64,000 nucleotides of DNA from Clostridia bacterium (GTDB lineage Bacteria; Bacillota; Clostridia; Christensenellales; UBA1242), in the NCBI GenBank assembly GCA_036654655.1, contig JAVVRP010000001.1, forward strand, positions 6,251-70,250, in the 5' to 3' direction. The translations under genes and the position numbers were made by a program. Below, in pieces: positions 21,205 through 31,430 of the stretch. The notes beneath the pieces were generated by a model that was not told the DNA's origin, did not search any database, and saw only the letters and a program-made list of their open reading frames with translations. How positions within the stretch are numbered: position 1 is the stretch's first letter; each line of letters opens with the position of its first letter.

Positions 21205-21618
21205 ATGAAAAAAATTGTAATAGGTTTGGTTGGCAGTGGAAAAACAACTCTTTACAGAAAATTAAATGAAAGCGGGCAATGTTATGCAGTTGAAATGGAA
21301 TTTCCGCCAAGTTTTAGAAATAATTTTGAAAGCGAAAAAGAAAAGATATTTAAAATATTTTTAAGTTGTAAAGGCGTTGATTGCATAATTTCTCATCCTA
21401 TGTACTTGCCAAAAAATTTTGAAAAGTTTTTAAAAAAAGATGTTGTAATTGAGTTTTTGGATATTGATTTGCAAGAAAGAAAAAGTAGAATTAAAAAAAG
21501 AAGTATGCAAACTTTTAATGGTGAAAACAACTGCATTATTTTTGATGAAAGTTTTTTAAGTCAAGAAGAAGAACTTTTAAAAAAAATAAAACAACAAGTA
21601 TTAAAAAATGGAAGATGA
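21205..21618 (+). CDS. small P-loop NTPase/kinase-like protein (137 aa)
   Basis: Walker A GLVGSGKTT at residues 7-15. AAGGAG RBS. The start abuts the stop of the upstream membrane protein. Confidence 0.6.
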   Translation: MKKIVIGLVGSGKTTLYRKLNESGQCYAVEMEFPPSFRNNFESEKEKIFKIFLSCKGVDCIISHPMYLPKNFEKFLKKDVVIEFLDIDLQERKSRIKKRSMQTFNGENNCIIFDESFLSQEEELLKKIKQQVLKNGR

Positions 21619-21638
21619 TTTAACATTCTTCCATTTTT
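21608..21638 (+). terminator. rho-independent terminator after the P-loop gene
   Basis: atggaaga / tcttccat stem overlapping the stop codon, followed by TTTTT. Confidence 0.65.
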
Positions 21639-21712
21639 AATAATTTTTCAAACTTCCAGTTCGATAATATTTCAGTTTGAACAAATTAATCAATTAATAA
21701 TTTTGTTTAAAT

Positions 21713-22723
21713 TTATCTTGCAATTGGTTCATTAAAACCATCTTCATATGTGTAAATAAATTTTGTTGCATCGTCTTCTTTAACTTTAACTGTAAAAAAG
21801 CCTTTTTCAACTTCGTCAACAGAATATGTTACTTTGTAACCTCCTGTTGCATCTTGTTTAACAAGATATTCAACTCCATCTGCAACGTGTTGTGCATTTT
21901 TAAATTGAATTTCAAGTTCTGGCTTTTCATTTTCTTCACTTTCCCAAGAAACTTCTGTTTCACTAATTACATTTTCACCATCTTTAATTTCATAACCAAA
22001 TTCAATTTCATTAAGTTCAACTGATTGTTTAACAGTAATTGATTTTGTTCCTTTTGTTGTAACAAATTCAACTTCTGCTTCTGTTTCATTTCCTTCGGTA
22101 GTAACAGTACGTTCTCCTGTGATAACAAGTTCTTCTGGTGTTGTTGCTTTTGGATCACCAACAACCATCCAGCCATTAAGAGATGTTGAAACTTCAAGTT
22201 CTTCATCTTCTGCCTTAACAACAATATCATCAGATGGGTCAGTTGCATCAGTACCTTTTGCTACTTCGTTGTAATAAATTGTATATTTAACATTACCTTT
22301 GCTTGTTGCAAGTGTGCTAGAAAGTTTTATGTTATATGCACCATATTTTTCGCCATCAACTTCAACTGTTGGCTTTGCACTTTCTGGCTTAACACTATTG
22401 GCTTTTAAATAACCTTCAAACATACCAATATAGGTGTTTACTTTTTCAATGTCATTTTTAATTAATTCTGGGCGAGCAGTGCCAGCATATGGGGACGCAG
22501 AAAATAAATTATTTTTGTTTAACCCATTTTCATTAGATTGTGAAAGCCCAGTGCCTCCACCTGAGGTTAAGTATTGCCCACTTGTAAACGCAGAAAATGC
22601 GTAAACACTTTTTGCACTTGCAGATGCTTTTGCGGGTGCTCCACAGCAACCAACAAGAATGCCTGCTATTGTTGGCACAAATAATGCAAGCGCTAACACA
22701 AACGGAACTGTTCTTTTTTTCAT
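21713..22723 (-). CDS. putative lipoprotein (336 aa), last gene of the ECF sigma operon
   Basis: Signal peptide with lipobox (TIAGILVGCC). The mature part is rich in beta-strand-like T/V/E repeats. Confidence 0.65.
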   Translation of the reverse strand: MKKRTVPFVLALALFVPTIAGILVGCCGAPAKASASAKSVYAFSAFTSGQYLTSGGGTGLSQSNENGLNKNNLFSASPYAGTARPELIKNDIEKVNTYIGMFEGYLKANSVKPESAKPTVEVDGEKYGAYNIKLSSTLATSKGNVKYTIYYNEVAKGTDATDPSDDIVVKAEDEELEVSTSLNGWMVVGDPKATTPEELVITGERTVTTEGNETEAEVEFVTTKGTKSITVKQSVELNEIEFGYEIKDGENVISETEVSWESEENEKPELEIQFKNAQHVADGVEYLVKQDATGGYKVTYSVDEVEKGFFTVKVKEDDATKFIYTYEDGFNEPIAR

Positions 22724-22827
22724 TTTTTCTCCTTTAATTTTTTTTATCGAACTACATTATATACAATAGCACATAAAAAATTTCTAACAAAACAAAAAAA
22801 ATGTTTATTTTTATAATTTTTTGTAAA

Positions 22828-23814
22828 TTAATCGTTTTTTCCATTAATTAATTCTTTTGCAACTTCAATTAAATCTTGCAAAACATCTAAATATTCGTCC
22901 TCATCCCCACCTGTATTTAAATCTTTTAAAATTTCGGCAAGGTCAGTTGCTTTTTCTTTAAGTTCATTGCATAGTTCTTCAACAAGTTCAAAAATATTTT
23001 CATCATTATCAATATTATCAAAATCATAATCTAACAAATCAAAATTGTTTCTTGCACCAAACACTTTTATTTTTTCAATATTATATTTTATTGCTTCATC
23101 AGTAGCAGTTGCCCAATCAAAATTTAAAAGTTCTTGCGAAAACAAATTATATGTTTTTATTTTAGAGTCCAAACAAGTTAAAAGTTTGGCAAAAAATTCA
23201 TTATTTAGTGTTAATTCAAAATTGTCCAAAGTGGATTTAGAATAAGATTGCAACCACAAGTTAATTTGATTTATATCAATTTGAGAAACAACAACATTTT
23301 TTAGACCTATTTGAGTTGAATAATTATCTACAAAGTTAATAATTTCATTTGATTTTTGTTGTAAAACGTTGTTTTTGCCGTCATCAACAAAAATATTAAT
23401 TTGTTTGCCCGATGTTAAATAGCCATAGGTTTCTGCAAGATAAATTATTTTTTCCGTGGCATTTTTTATTGATAGTCCAAGCAAATTTTCTTTAAACAAA
23501 AGTTTAACACCATCTTCATTTAAAGCAATTTGTTCTGTTACAATTCCATTTTTGTCTGTAATAATTTCAACACGAGGATTAATTGAAAGCGTGATATGAA
23601 ATTCGTTGTTAATATTGGTTTTTATAACGGATGGCACAAAAACACAAGTAAAAATTAAACATAAACTAATAATCATAACAAAAACGGGTTTCCAAATTTG
23701 CTTTTTTGATTTTATTGAACTGTTAAATAGTTGGGCTTTTATTTTGTTTTTTATGTCTGGAATTTCGTACATCAGTTCTTCATTAAGTTTTTTTATTGCT
23801 TTATTTTTCATCAT
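22828..23814 (-). CDS. putative membrane-anchored anti-sigma factor (328 aa)
   Basis: Overlaps the sigma gene stop by 14 nt. It has a short cytoplasmic N-terminus, a single TM helix (PVFVMIISLCLIFTCVFV) and a large extracytoplasmic domain. The assignment rests on position and topology. Confidence 0.5.
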   Translation of the reverse strand: MMKNKAIKKLNEELMYEIPDIKNKIKAQLFNSSIKSKKQIWKPVFVMIISLCLIFTCVFVPSVIKTNINNEFHITLSINPRVEIITDKNGIVTEQIALNEDGVKLLFKENLLGLSIKNATEKIIYLAETYGYLTSGKQINIFVDDGKNNVLQQKSNEIINFVDNYSTQIGLKNVVVSQIDINQINLWLQSYSKSTLDNFELTLNNEFFAKLLTCLDSKIKTYNLFSQELLNFDWATATDEAIKYNIEKIKVFGARNNFDLLDYDFDNIDNDENIFELVEELCNELKEKATDLAEILKDLNTGGDEDEYLDVLQDLIEVAKELINGKND

Positions 23815-24322
23815 ACACCTCCTTATATAAATTTTTTATTTGCTTTAAACAATTGTTATATTGCCAATTAATTGTTGAAATAGGTTTATTTAACATTTTT
23901 GCAACTTCAACTCGTTTATATCCATAAACAATGCAAAGTTCAATAATTTTCCAATCATCAGGCTTTAATTTGTTTTGGCAAAGGTTAAGCAGGGGCGTGC
24001 CATTTTGCGGAAGACTTTGAAATATATTTTCATAATCAGAAACATTCACGGAAGGTTTTTGGCTTTTAATTTTGTTAATAGCAGTGTTATGCGCAATTGT
24101 TAATAGATAAGAGTATGGATTTGATGTTAAATCTATTTTATGTAAATTTCGTAGAAATAACAAATAAGTATCTTGCATAACGTCTTCAATAAGCGAGCGG
24201 TCAAAGCATATTTTTTTGATGGTATAAAAAACACCTACTTTGGTTAAATCGTAAAATTCTTCAAAGTGTTTGTATGTATCTTGTTTAAGTTTTAATATGC
24301 AACTTTCAATAGAAGCGCTCAA
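23801..24322 (-). CDS. ECF-type sigma-70 family RNA polymerase sigma factor
   Basis: 173 aa with a region 2 (DVMQDTYLLFLRNLHKI) and a region 4 HTH (YGYKRVEVAKMLNKPISTINWQYNNCLKQIK). Confidence 0.8.
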   Translation of the reverse strand: MSASIESCILKLKQDTYKHFEEFYDLTKVGVFYTIKKICFDRSLIEDVMQDTYLLFLRNLHKIDLTSNPYSYLLTIAHNTAINKIKSQKPSVNVSDYENIFQSLPQNGTPLLNLCQNKLKPDDWKIIELCIVYGYKRVEVAKMLNKPISTINWQYNNCLKQIKNLYKEVYDEK

Positions 24323-24533
24323 TTTTGTCTCCTTATATATACAAATATAAATGCTATAATTCCAATTAATCTAATTATTTTCATAATAACAAATACAAAT
24401 GCAAAATGCAAATATAAAAAAACATAAAACTTGTTAAAATCGTTTTGAAAAATTTAAAATATCTGCTAATATGAATAAAGACAAAATAAAATAACATAAT
24501 ATTTTAGTCAAATATTCAATATTAAGGAGAAAT

Positions 24534-25163
24534 ATGAAAAGAGTAAAAATTTTAACAACAATTGCTGCCTTGGCGTTAGGAACATTTGCAATGGTGTTTG
24601 GGGTGCTTTCTGCACGAACACTTAATTTTTCTGTTGGAGCAAATCTTTCTTTCGATCTTCAAAGAGTTCAAGTTACAATAAATGGTGGATTAACAGGAGC
24701 CAAAAAAAATGCCACTAATGAAAATTTTGCTATTGCTGACACAACGGCAGCATTAGGAACAGTTGACGCAAATGGGAATATAACAAAATTAATATACGAA
24801 TATAATCCAACGGGAGCCCCAGATGCAATTGGAGAATGGGCAATTGGCCCAATCTTTTTTAACAATAAGTTAAAAACAGATATTGTTTTCAGTGTAAAAG
24901 TAATAAATTACACACCTAACAAAAAAATTAAAGTTTCAATTCAAGAAATGAATTCAACATATACAGCGGTTGCAGACGCACTTGGAACAATTGCAACACA
25001 TAAAGCAGTTGATGCCACAGCACTTGCGGCAACATCAGGCGTAACAATAACTCCATCAGCAGAAGTTGTTGCAACAATGACATACACTTTAAAAGATATT
25101 AACATGGCAACAGCCACTGCAACAAATTTGTATTTAAAAGTAACGCTAGAAGAAACAGTTTAA
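24534..25163 (+). CDS. secreted or membrane-anchored protein of unknown function (209 aa)
   Basis: AAGGAG RBS and an N-terminal signal/anchor (MKRVKILTTIAALALGTFAMVFGVLSA). The body is A/T/N-rich and beta-rich. It is divergent from the ECF operon. Confidence 0.6.
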   Translation: MKRVKILTTIAALALGTFAMVFGVLSARTLNFSVGANLSFDLQRVQVTINGGLTGAKKNATNENFAIADTTAALGTVDANGNITKLIYEYNPTGAPDAIGEWAIGPIFFNNKLKTDIVFSVKVINYTPNKKIKVSIQEMNSTYTAVADALGTIATHKAVDATALAATSGVTITPSAEVVATMTYTLKDINMATATATNLYLKVTLEETV

Positions 25164-25183
25164 AAATTAATCAAAGTAAAAAG

Positions 25184-25209
25184 TAAGCCTTTAAACGGCT
25201 TATTTTTTT
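25184..25209 (+). terminator. rho-independent terminator
   Basis: taagcc / ggctta stem followed by a 7-T run. Confidence 0.65.
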
Positions 25210-25271
25210 GTTTAAAATTTACAAGTGTGCAATTTAGCATAATATTTTAAATTTGTGCACACAATAAATTT

Positions 25272-25868
25272 GTGAATAACAAAATAAAAAAATCTGTTAA
25301 AGACCATAAAAATAATGATTGCAAGCAACTTGCAAAAGTTGTTTCAATAAGTATGGTTTGTTTAACGGCTTTTTTTGTGTTTGCGTGGATGCTTCAAATT
25401 GTTTTGTATCCAATTAAATTTAAAACAGAAATAATTACAAATTGCAAAATATTTAATGTTTCACCTGCACTTGTTGCAAGCGTTATTAACGCCGAAAGCA
25501 GATATAACACTAATGCAATTTCAAACAAGGGTGCCATGGGGCTTATGCAAATTTTGCCGTCAACAGCAACATGGATTGCCACACAAATTGGGCAAAAAAA
25601 TTTTAAGCCAGCAGATTTGTTAATTTCGGAAACAAACATAAAAATGGGATGTTTTTATTTAAATTATCTTTCCCAAAAATTTTTTAACTTAACAACAATT
25701 CTTTCTGCTTATAACGCAGGCGAGGGAGTTGTGTTTTCTTGGCTGAGTTCAAAAAAACTTTCTGCCGATGGAAAACTGTTAAATGAAATTCCTTATAAGC
25801 AAACAGAAATGTACGTTAAAAAAATTGACAGCAACATGAAATTTTATTTAAAAGTATATAAGTGGTAA
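25272..25868 (+). CDS. lytic transglycosylase (SLT domain), membrane-anchored
   Basis: GTG start, N-terminal TM helix, and SLT catalytic signature AESRYNTNAISNKGAMGLMQILPSTA...AYNAGEG. Confidence 0.85.
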   Translation: MNNKIKKSVKDHKNNDCKQLAKVVSISMVCLTAFFVFAWMLQIVLYPIKFKTEIITNCKIFNVSPALVASVINAESRYNTNAISNKGAMGLMQILPSTATWIATQIGQKNFKPADLLISETNIKMGCFYLNYLSQKFFNLTTILSAYNAGEGVVFSWLSSKKLSADGKLLNEIPYKQTEMYVKKIDSNMKFYLKVYKW

Positions 25869-26051
25869 AATAATTAAATGCTAAAAATATTTTATTTTTT
25901 TTAAAAACAGAAAAACATTTCACAAAAACAAAAAAAAATGATAAACTTAAATGTAAGTTATTTAATTTGCCTTGTGTTATCAAAATTTTTGTTGTATAAC
26001 ATAAATCGGCAATTTAAAGATGTTTAATTTAAATTAACAAAAGAGGTAAAT

Positions 26052-28019
26052 GTGGCAGCAGCAAAATATGAATCAAAAGACATAATAGTTTTAGAAGGTC
26101 TTGATGCAGTTAGATTAAGGCCGGGCATGTATATTGGAACAACAGGGCCAAAAGGTTTGCATCATCTTTTGTGGGAAATTGTGGACAACGCAATAGATGA
26201 GGTTACAAATGGTTTTGGAAACAAAATATATATTTCCTTAAATCACGATGGAAGCGCAACTGTTGAGGATAATGGCAGAGGAATTCCTGTTGATTTGCAC
26301 CCAACCCTAAAAAAATCGGGAGTGGAAGTTGTTTTTACAAAACTTCATGCAGGCGGAAAATTTAATAATGATAGTTATGGTTATTCTGGTGGATTGCATG
26401 GTGTTGGAGCATCTGTTACAAATGCATTGTCAACTTGGCTTGTAGTTTCTGTTTGCAAAAATGGTAAAAAATATCAAATGAAATTTGCAAGCGTGGAAGA
26501 TCCATTAAACAAAGATAAAATTAAAAGTGGAGTGCCTCAAACAGAACTTGAAATAATTGGAAGCGCCCACTCAACTGGCACAACGGTAATGTTTTTGCCG
26601 GACATAAGAGTTTTTGGTGATGTAACTTTTGATTATGACACAATTTTAAAGCGTTGTAGGGAACTTGCCTTTTTAAACAAAGGTGTAACAATTGAAGTTA
26701 ATGACAAACGTGAAAATAAAAACATTGTTTTTTGTTATGAAAATGGTTTAAACGATTTTATTAACTATATAAACGATGGCAAAACAATTTTAAACAAAAA
26801 TCCAATTTATGTTACAGGGCAAAGTGCTGTTCTTAAACTAGAAGGTGCCATTCAGTACACAGATTCTTACACTGAAAACACATTTTCATTTGTAAACAAC
26901 ATTCCAACAACTGAGGGAGGCACTCACGAAACTGGTTTCAAAATTGCAATAACAAAAGCACTTAATGATTTTGCCCGTTCAAAAGGCTGGCTTAAAGAAA
27001 AAGATATTAATTTAATTGGTGAAGATTTTAGAGAAGGCATTACAATTTTAATGTCTATTAAAATGCACAATGTTCAATTTGAGGGGCAAACAAAAACAAA
27101 ACTTGGCAATCCAGAGGCAAAAACAGAAGTAGAAAACATTGCCTTAAAAGAAATAACCAAATTTTTGGAAATTAAAGATAATGAAAAGATTGCAGAAGTA
27201 ATAATAAACAAAGCAAAAGGCGCTGCAAAATCACGAGAAGCGGCAAAAAAAGCAAAGGAAATATCACGAGCAAAAAACAGCGTGGACAACTATAATTTAG
27301 TTGGCAAACTTTCTTCTTGCAGTTCCCGAAAACCAGAAATATCTGAACTTTTTATTGTTGAAGGAAACAGCGCAGGTGGCAGTGCAAAGCAAGGCAGAGA
27401 TAGGGCGTTTCAAGCAATATTGCCCCTTAAAGGAAAACCGTTAAACGCGGAGAAAAAACGATTGGATCAGGTTCTTGCAAATGAGGAAATAAGAACAATA
27501 ATTAGCGCATTAGAAACAAGAATAGGCGAGGATTTTGATTTAACAAATTTACGCTACAACAAAGTAATTATACTTTCGGATGCAGATCAGGATGGTGCTC
27601 ACATTCGTGCAATTTTGCTTACATTCTTTTTTAGATACATGCGTGGGCTTATTTCAGAGGGGCATGTATTTATTGGTATGCCTCCTCTTTACAAAGTAGA
27701 AAAAAAGGGAATAGTTGAATATGCCTATTCCGATGTTGAATTACCTGAAACAATAGAAAAAGTTGGCAAAGGATACACAATTCAAAGATATAAAGGGCTT
27801 GGTGAAATGGATCCAAAGCAACTTTGGGACACAACCATGAATCCAGAACATAGACTGCTTGTTCAAGTTTCCATAGAAGATGCCACCGAAGCAGAAAAAA
27901 TGGTGACCACGTGGATGGGCGACAATATTGATGCACGAAAACAATATATTAGTGAAAACTGCAACTTTACAAGAGAAGATAAATTTGCAAAGGAATACGG
28001 AATAGGAGAAAAAAATTGA
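26052..28019 (+). CDS. parE: type IIA DNA topoisomerase subunit B (topoisomerase IV ParE more likely than GyrB)
   Basis: 655 aa, GTG start. GHKL ATPase ([15 protein letters not shown]), Toprim ([27 protein letters not shown]). The ParE call follows from the partner lacking a GyrA box and from a non-origin context. Confidence 0.6.
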   Translation: MAAAKYESKDIIVLEGLDAVRLRPGMYIGTTGPKGLHHLLWEIVDNAIDEVTNGFGNKIYISLNHDGSATVEDNGRGIPVDLHPTLKKSGVEVVFTKLHAGGKFNNDSYGYSGGLHGVGASVTNALSTWLVVSVCKNGKKYQMKFASVEDPLNKDKIKSGVPQTELEIIGSAHSTGTTVMFLPDIRVFGDVTFDYDTILKRCRELAFLNKGVTIEVNDKRENKNIVFCYENGLNDFINYINDGKTILNKNPIYVTGQSAVLKLEGAIQYTDSYTENTFSFVNNIPTTEGGTHETGFKIAITKALNDFARSKGWLKEKDINLIGEDFREGITILMSIKMHNVQFEGQTKTKLGNPEAKTEVENIALKEITKFLEIKDNEKIAEVIINKAKGAAKSREAAKKAKEISRAKNSVDNYNLVGKLSSCSSRKPEISELFIVEGNSAGGSAKQGRDRAFQAILPLKGKPLNAEKKRLDQVLANEEIRTIISALETRIGEDFDLTNLRYNKVIILSDADQDGAHIRAILLTFFFRYMRGLISEGHVFIGMPPLYKVEKKGIVEYAYSDVELPETIEKVGKGYTIQRYKGLGEMDPKQLWDTTMNPEHRLLVQVSIEDATEAEKMVTTWMGDNIDARKQYISENCNFTREDKFAKEYGIGEKN

Positions 28020-30433
28020 AAATTGAAGAACTTCAAGAAAATCACCAGCCATACATATTAAAATCAATAGACGAAGTATTGCATGACTCCATGATTCCAT
28101 ACACAGAACATGTTGTTATGGAAAGGGCATTGCCCCGAGTTGAAGACGGTTTAAAGCCAGGGCAAAGACGTATTTTGTATTCCATGCTAGAACTTGGCCT
28201 TGGCAACGACAAAGCATACAGAAAGTCTGCCCGAATTGTTGGCGATTGTTTAGGTAAATATCATCCTCACGGAGATACCTCTGTTTATGAAGCAATGGTA
28301 AGAATGGCACAGCCGTTTTCTTTAAAAGAACCACTTGTAGATGGACAAGGTAATTTTGGCTCAGTAGATGGAGATACTGCTGCCGCAATGAGATACACAG
28401 AGGCAAAATTAACACCTCTTGCAATGGAACTTTTACGAGATTTAGATTGTGACACTGTTCCGTGGAGTTTAAATTTTGATGACACACTCAAAGAGCCGGA
28501 CATTCTTCCGGGGCGTTTCCCAAATTTATTGGTAAATGGTGCTTCGGGAATTGCAGTTGGCCTTGCAACAAATATTCCAACGCATAATTTAAGTGAAACA
28601 ATAAATGGGGTTGTTGCTTTTATTGATAATCCTCATATAACAATAGACCAAATGATGAAATTTATACCTGCGCCAGATTTTCCAACAGGTGGAATTATTA
28701 TTGCAGGAAATGAACTTAAAGACGCATATACAACAGGTAAAGGTAAAATTATAATAAGGGCAAGAGTAAGCATAGAAAAAAACGGGGACAAACAAAACAT
28801 AATTATTTCGGAACTTCCTTATCAAGTGAACAAGGCACTTTTGCTTCAAAAAATTGCAGAACTGAAAGAAGAAAACAAAGACAAACTAACTGGAATTGCA
28901 GAGATAAGGGACGAAAGTGATCGCAAGGGTATGCGTGCAATAATAAAGATTAAAAAAGAATGTAACGCAGAGGCAATTTTGGAGTATTTGTTTAAGGCAA
29001 CAAATATGCAAGTAAGTTTTGGAATAAACATGGTTGCAATTGCAGGCGGAAAACCTAAGCAAATGGGATTATTAGATATTATTGAATATTATGTTGAATA
29101 TCAACGTTGTGTTGTGTTAAGGCGTTCAAAATTTTTATTAGACAAGGCAAAAGATCGTGCACACATTATTGAAGGACTATTAATTGCAATACATAATATT
29201 GATGAAGTTGTAAAAACAATTAAAAAAAGTGAAAGTTATAATGACGCAAAAGCAAAATTGCGTGCAAAATTTTCACTTTCGGAAAAACAAGCACAAGCAA
29301 TTTTGGACATGAGGCTTGCAAGGCTTGTAAATCTTGAAACAACAAAGTTAGAAGAAGAGATGATAGAATTAACCCAGCAAATAAAAAAACTTAGTGAAAT
29401 TGTCAATAGCAAAAAAATGCAATATGAAACAGTTAAAACAGAATTGCTGGAAATTAAAAAAAAATATGGAATGCCACGCTTGTCCACACTGGTTATTAGC
29501 GATGGTGTTGCAAATTTACCAGAAATAAAGGAAGAAGAAGTTTTTGCAAAAGAAGTTTATGTTGCATTAACAATGGCAGGCACAATTAAAAAAATTCCGC
29601 AAAAAAATTATTTAATGAGCCAAAAAGAAATTACAGATGCAACAACATCAAATGAAATTCATACTCAACTGATTTTGGTAAAAACAAACGAAAAGGTTTT
29701 AATATTTACAAATCTTGGTAATTGCATAAAAATTGAAGTTGATGAGATTCCAGAAGCAAGGTGGAAGGATAAAGGCAAAGAACTTAAAAGCCTTGACAGG
29801 GGCATTTCCGCCGAGGAAGTTGGCGTTGCCATTTTTAAAGAAAATCAAGAGTTTTGTGATAAGTTTGTTTTTTTTACAAAATTAGGAATGATAAAATTAA
29901 GTGAATCAAGTGAATATTGTGTTAATAAAAGTGTTTTTCAAGCAATAAAAATTAAGCCAGAAGATGAACTTTTGGACGTTCAAAACTTTACGCCCGAAGG
30001 TGGAGTTTTAATGGTTTCAAAATCAGGAATGGCACTTAATTTTGAAAAAACAAACATTCCAATTCAAAACAGAATTTCAGGCGGAGTTATGGGCATAAAT
30101 TTAGAAAGTGATGACACGGTGATTTATGCATCTCAAACCGACAATGGAGGAGCCATCACCGTTGCAACAGATTATGGATACATTAAAAAAATTCCAATAG
30201 GAGAATATCCAGTAAGTGCAAGATATCGTAAAGGTTTAAAAATGTTTAATTTAAAAAATAATGGAACAAAACTAGTGTTTGCATCTTATGGCTCTTATAA
30301 ACCTATTGTTGGGTGGAATGGAAGTAAATTTGTGTGTATTGATGAATGTGATATAATGTATGATGACAGGGGCGGGAATGGCACACAACTTTTTGGTTCG
30401 CCAATTTCATCAGCAACAATGTTTTTTAATTAA
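28016..30433 (+). CDS. parC: type IIA DNA topoisomerase subunit A (ParC-like; no GyrA box)
   Basis: 805 aa. The TTG start overlaps the parE TGA. Catalytic region [11 protein letters not shown]. Where GyrA has QRRGGKG, this has [14 protein letters not shown], and a ParC-like [14 protein letters not shown] motif is present. Confidence 0.6.
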   Translation: MKIEELQENHQPYILKSIDEVLHDSMIPYTEHVVMERALPRVEDGLKPGQRRILYSMLELGLGNDKAYRKSARIVGDCLGKYHPHGDTSVYEAMVRMAQPFSLKEPLVDGQGNFGSVDGDTAAAMRYTEAKLTPLAMELLRDLDCDTVPWSLNFDDTLKEPDILPGRFPNLLVNGASGIAVGLATNIPTHNLSETINGVVAFIDNPHITIDQMMKFIPAPDFPTGGIIIAGNELKDAYTTGKGKIIIRARVSIEKNGDKQNIIISELPYQVNKALLLQKIAELKEENKDKLTGIAEIRDESDRKGMRAIIKIKKECNAEAILEYLFKATNMQVSFGINMVAIAGGKPKQMGLLDIIEYYVEYQRCVVLRRSKFLLDKAKDRAHIIEGLLIAIHNIDEVVKTIKKSESYNDAKAKLRAKFSLSEKQAQAILDMRLARLVNLETTKLEEEMIELTQQIKKLSEIVNSKKMQYETVKTELLEIKKKYGMPRLSTLVISDGVANLPEIKEEEVFAKEVYVALTMAGTIKKIPQKNYLMSQKEITDATTSNEIHTQLILVKTNEKVLIFTNLGNCIKIEVDEIPEARWKDKGKELKSLDRGISAEEVGVAIFKENQEFCDKFVFFTKLGMIKLSESSEYCVNKSVFQAIKIKPEDELLDVQNFTPEGGVLMVSKSGMALNFEKTNIPIQNRISGGVMGINLESDDTVIYASQTDNGGAITVATDYGYIKKIPIGEYPVSARYRKGLKMFNLKNNGTKLVFASYGSYKPIVGWNGSKFVCIDECDIMYDDRGGNGTQLFGSPISSATMFFN

Positions 30434-30450
30434 AAATTAAATTTATTTTA

Positions 30451-30476
30451 AAACTCTGCTTAACAGGCAGAGTTTT
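30451..30476 (+). terminator. rho-independent terminator after parC
   Basis: aaactctgc / gcagagttt stem with a 7-nt loop, then TTT. Confidence 0.7.
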
Positions 30477-30624
30477 ATATTTTTTTTAAAAATAATCATA
30501 AAATAAAAAGTAAAATAATACATTATAATCAAGAGGCGAAAAAGTAACAAAAAAAGACATTTCATATCGTAATTCCGCCTTTGAAAAAAGTTGAAAAAAC
30601 ATTACAATAAAGGAGTGATTTCAA

Positions 30625-31392
30625 ATGCCATTTTGTGTTGTGAAATCCAAACACATTAAAATAATTTTGTTAATGATTTTGGTATGCGTGCTTTTAGGGT
30701 TAAGTGTAAACGGGGTAACTTCTGCACAAGTATATTTTGGTTATCCGGCAAGACGTGTTCCAATATACAGTGTTGCAACAACAGAAAAAAAAGTGGCAAT
30801 TAGTTTTGATGCTGCATGGGGAGCGGATAAAACTGAAAAAATCATGGAAATTTGCAAAGATTTTAACGTTAATGCAACTTTCTTTTTAGTTGGATTTTGG
30901 GTGGATAAGTATCCGGAACTTACCAACAAAATTGCCAGTCAGGGTTTTGAAATAGGCACGCACTCAAACACTCATCCAGACATGACAAAACTTGACAGGC
31001 CATCAATGAAGGCAGAATTGCAAACGTGTGTAAGCATGATTGAAAAATCCGCCCAATGCAAAGTTAAGTTGTTTCGTCCTCCATATGGGGCATACAACAA
31101 CACACTAATTGAAGTTAGTGAGGAGTTGGGGCTTACAACAATTCAGTGGAGTGTGGACTCATTGGATTGGAAAGGCTTGTCCGCAGAAAACATTACAACA
31201 AGAGTAATGAATGGCGTTAAAAACGGATCAATTATTTTGTGCCACAACAACTCCGATCATATTTTGGAAGCCCTGCCACTTATGCTGGACAGATTAAAAA
31301 ACATGGGTTACAAAATAACAAATATTGGGGATTTAATTATAAAAAATAATTTTCAAATTGATAAAAATGGAGTGCAAAAAGCAAATAGTTAA
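30625..31392 (+). CDS. polysaccharide deacetylase (NodB domain), PdaB-like sporulation-type
   Basis: 255 aa with an N-terminal TM helix and NodB motifs (FDAAWG, HSNTHPDM, RPPYGAY, ILCHN). Size and topology match PdaB-type proteins. Confidence 0.75.
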   Translation: MPFCVVKSKHIKIILLMILVCVLLGLSVNGVTSAQVYFGYPARRVPIYSVATTEKKVAISFDAAWGADKTEKIMEICKDFNVNATFFLVGFWVDKYPELTNKIASQGFEIGTHSNTHPDMTKLDRPSMKAELQTCVSMIEKSAQCKVKLFRPPYGAYNNTLIEVSEELGLTTIQWSVDSLDWKGLSAENITTRVMNGVKNGSIILCHNNSDHILEALPLMLDRLKNMGYKITNIGDLIIKNNFQIDKNGVQKANS

Positions 31393-31430
31393 ATAGTATG
31401 TGTAAAATTTAAACAAATAGGAGAAAAAAA

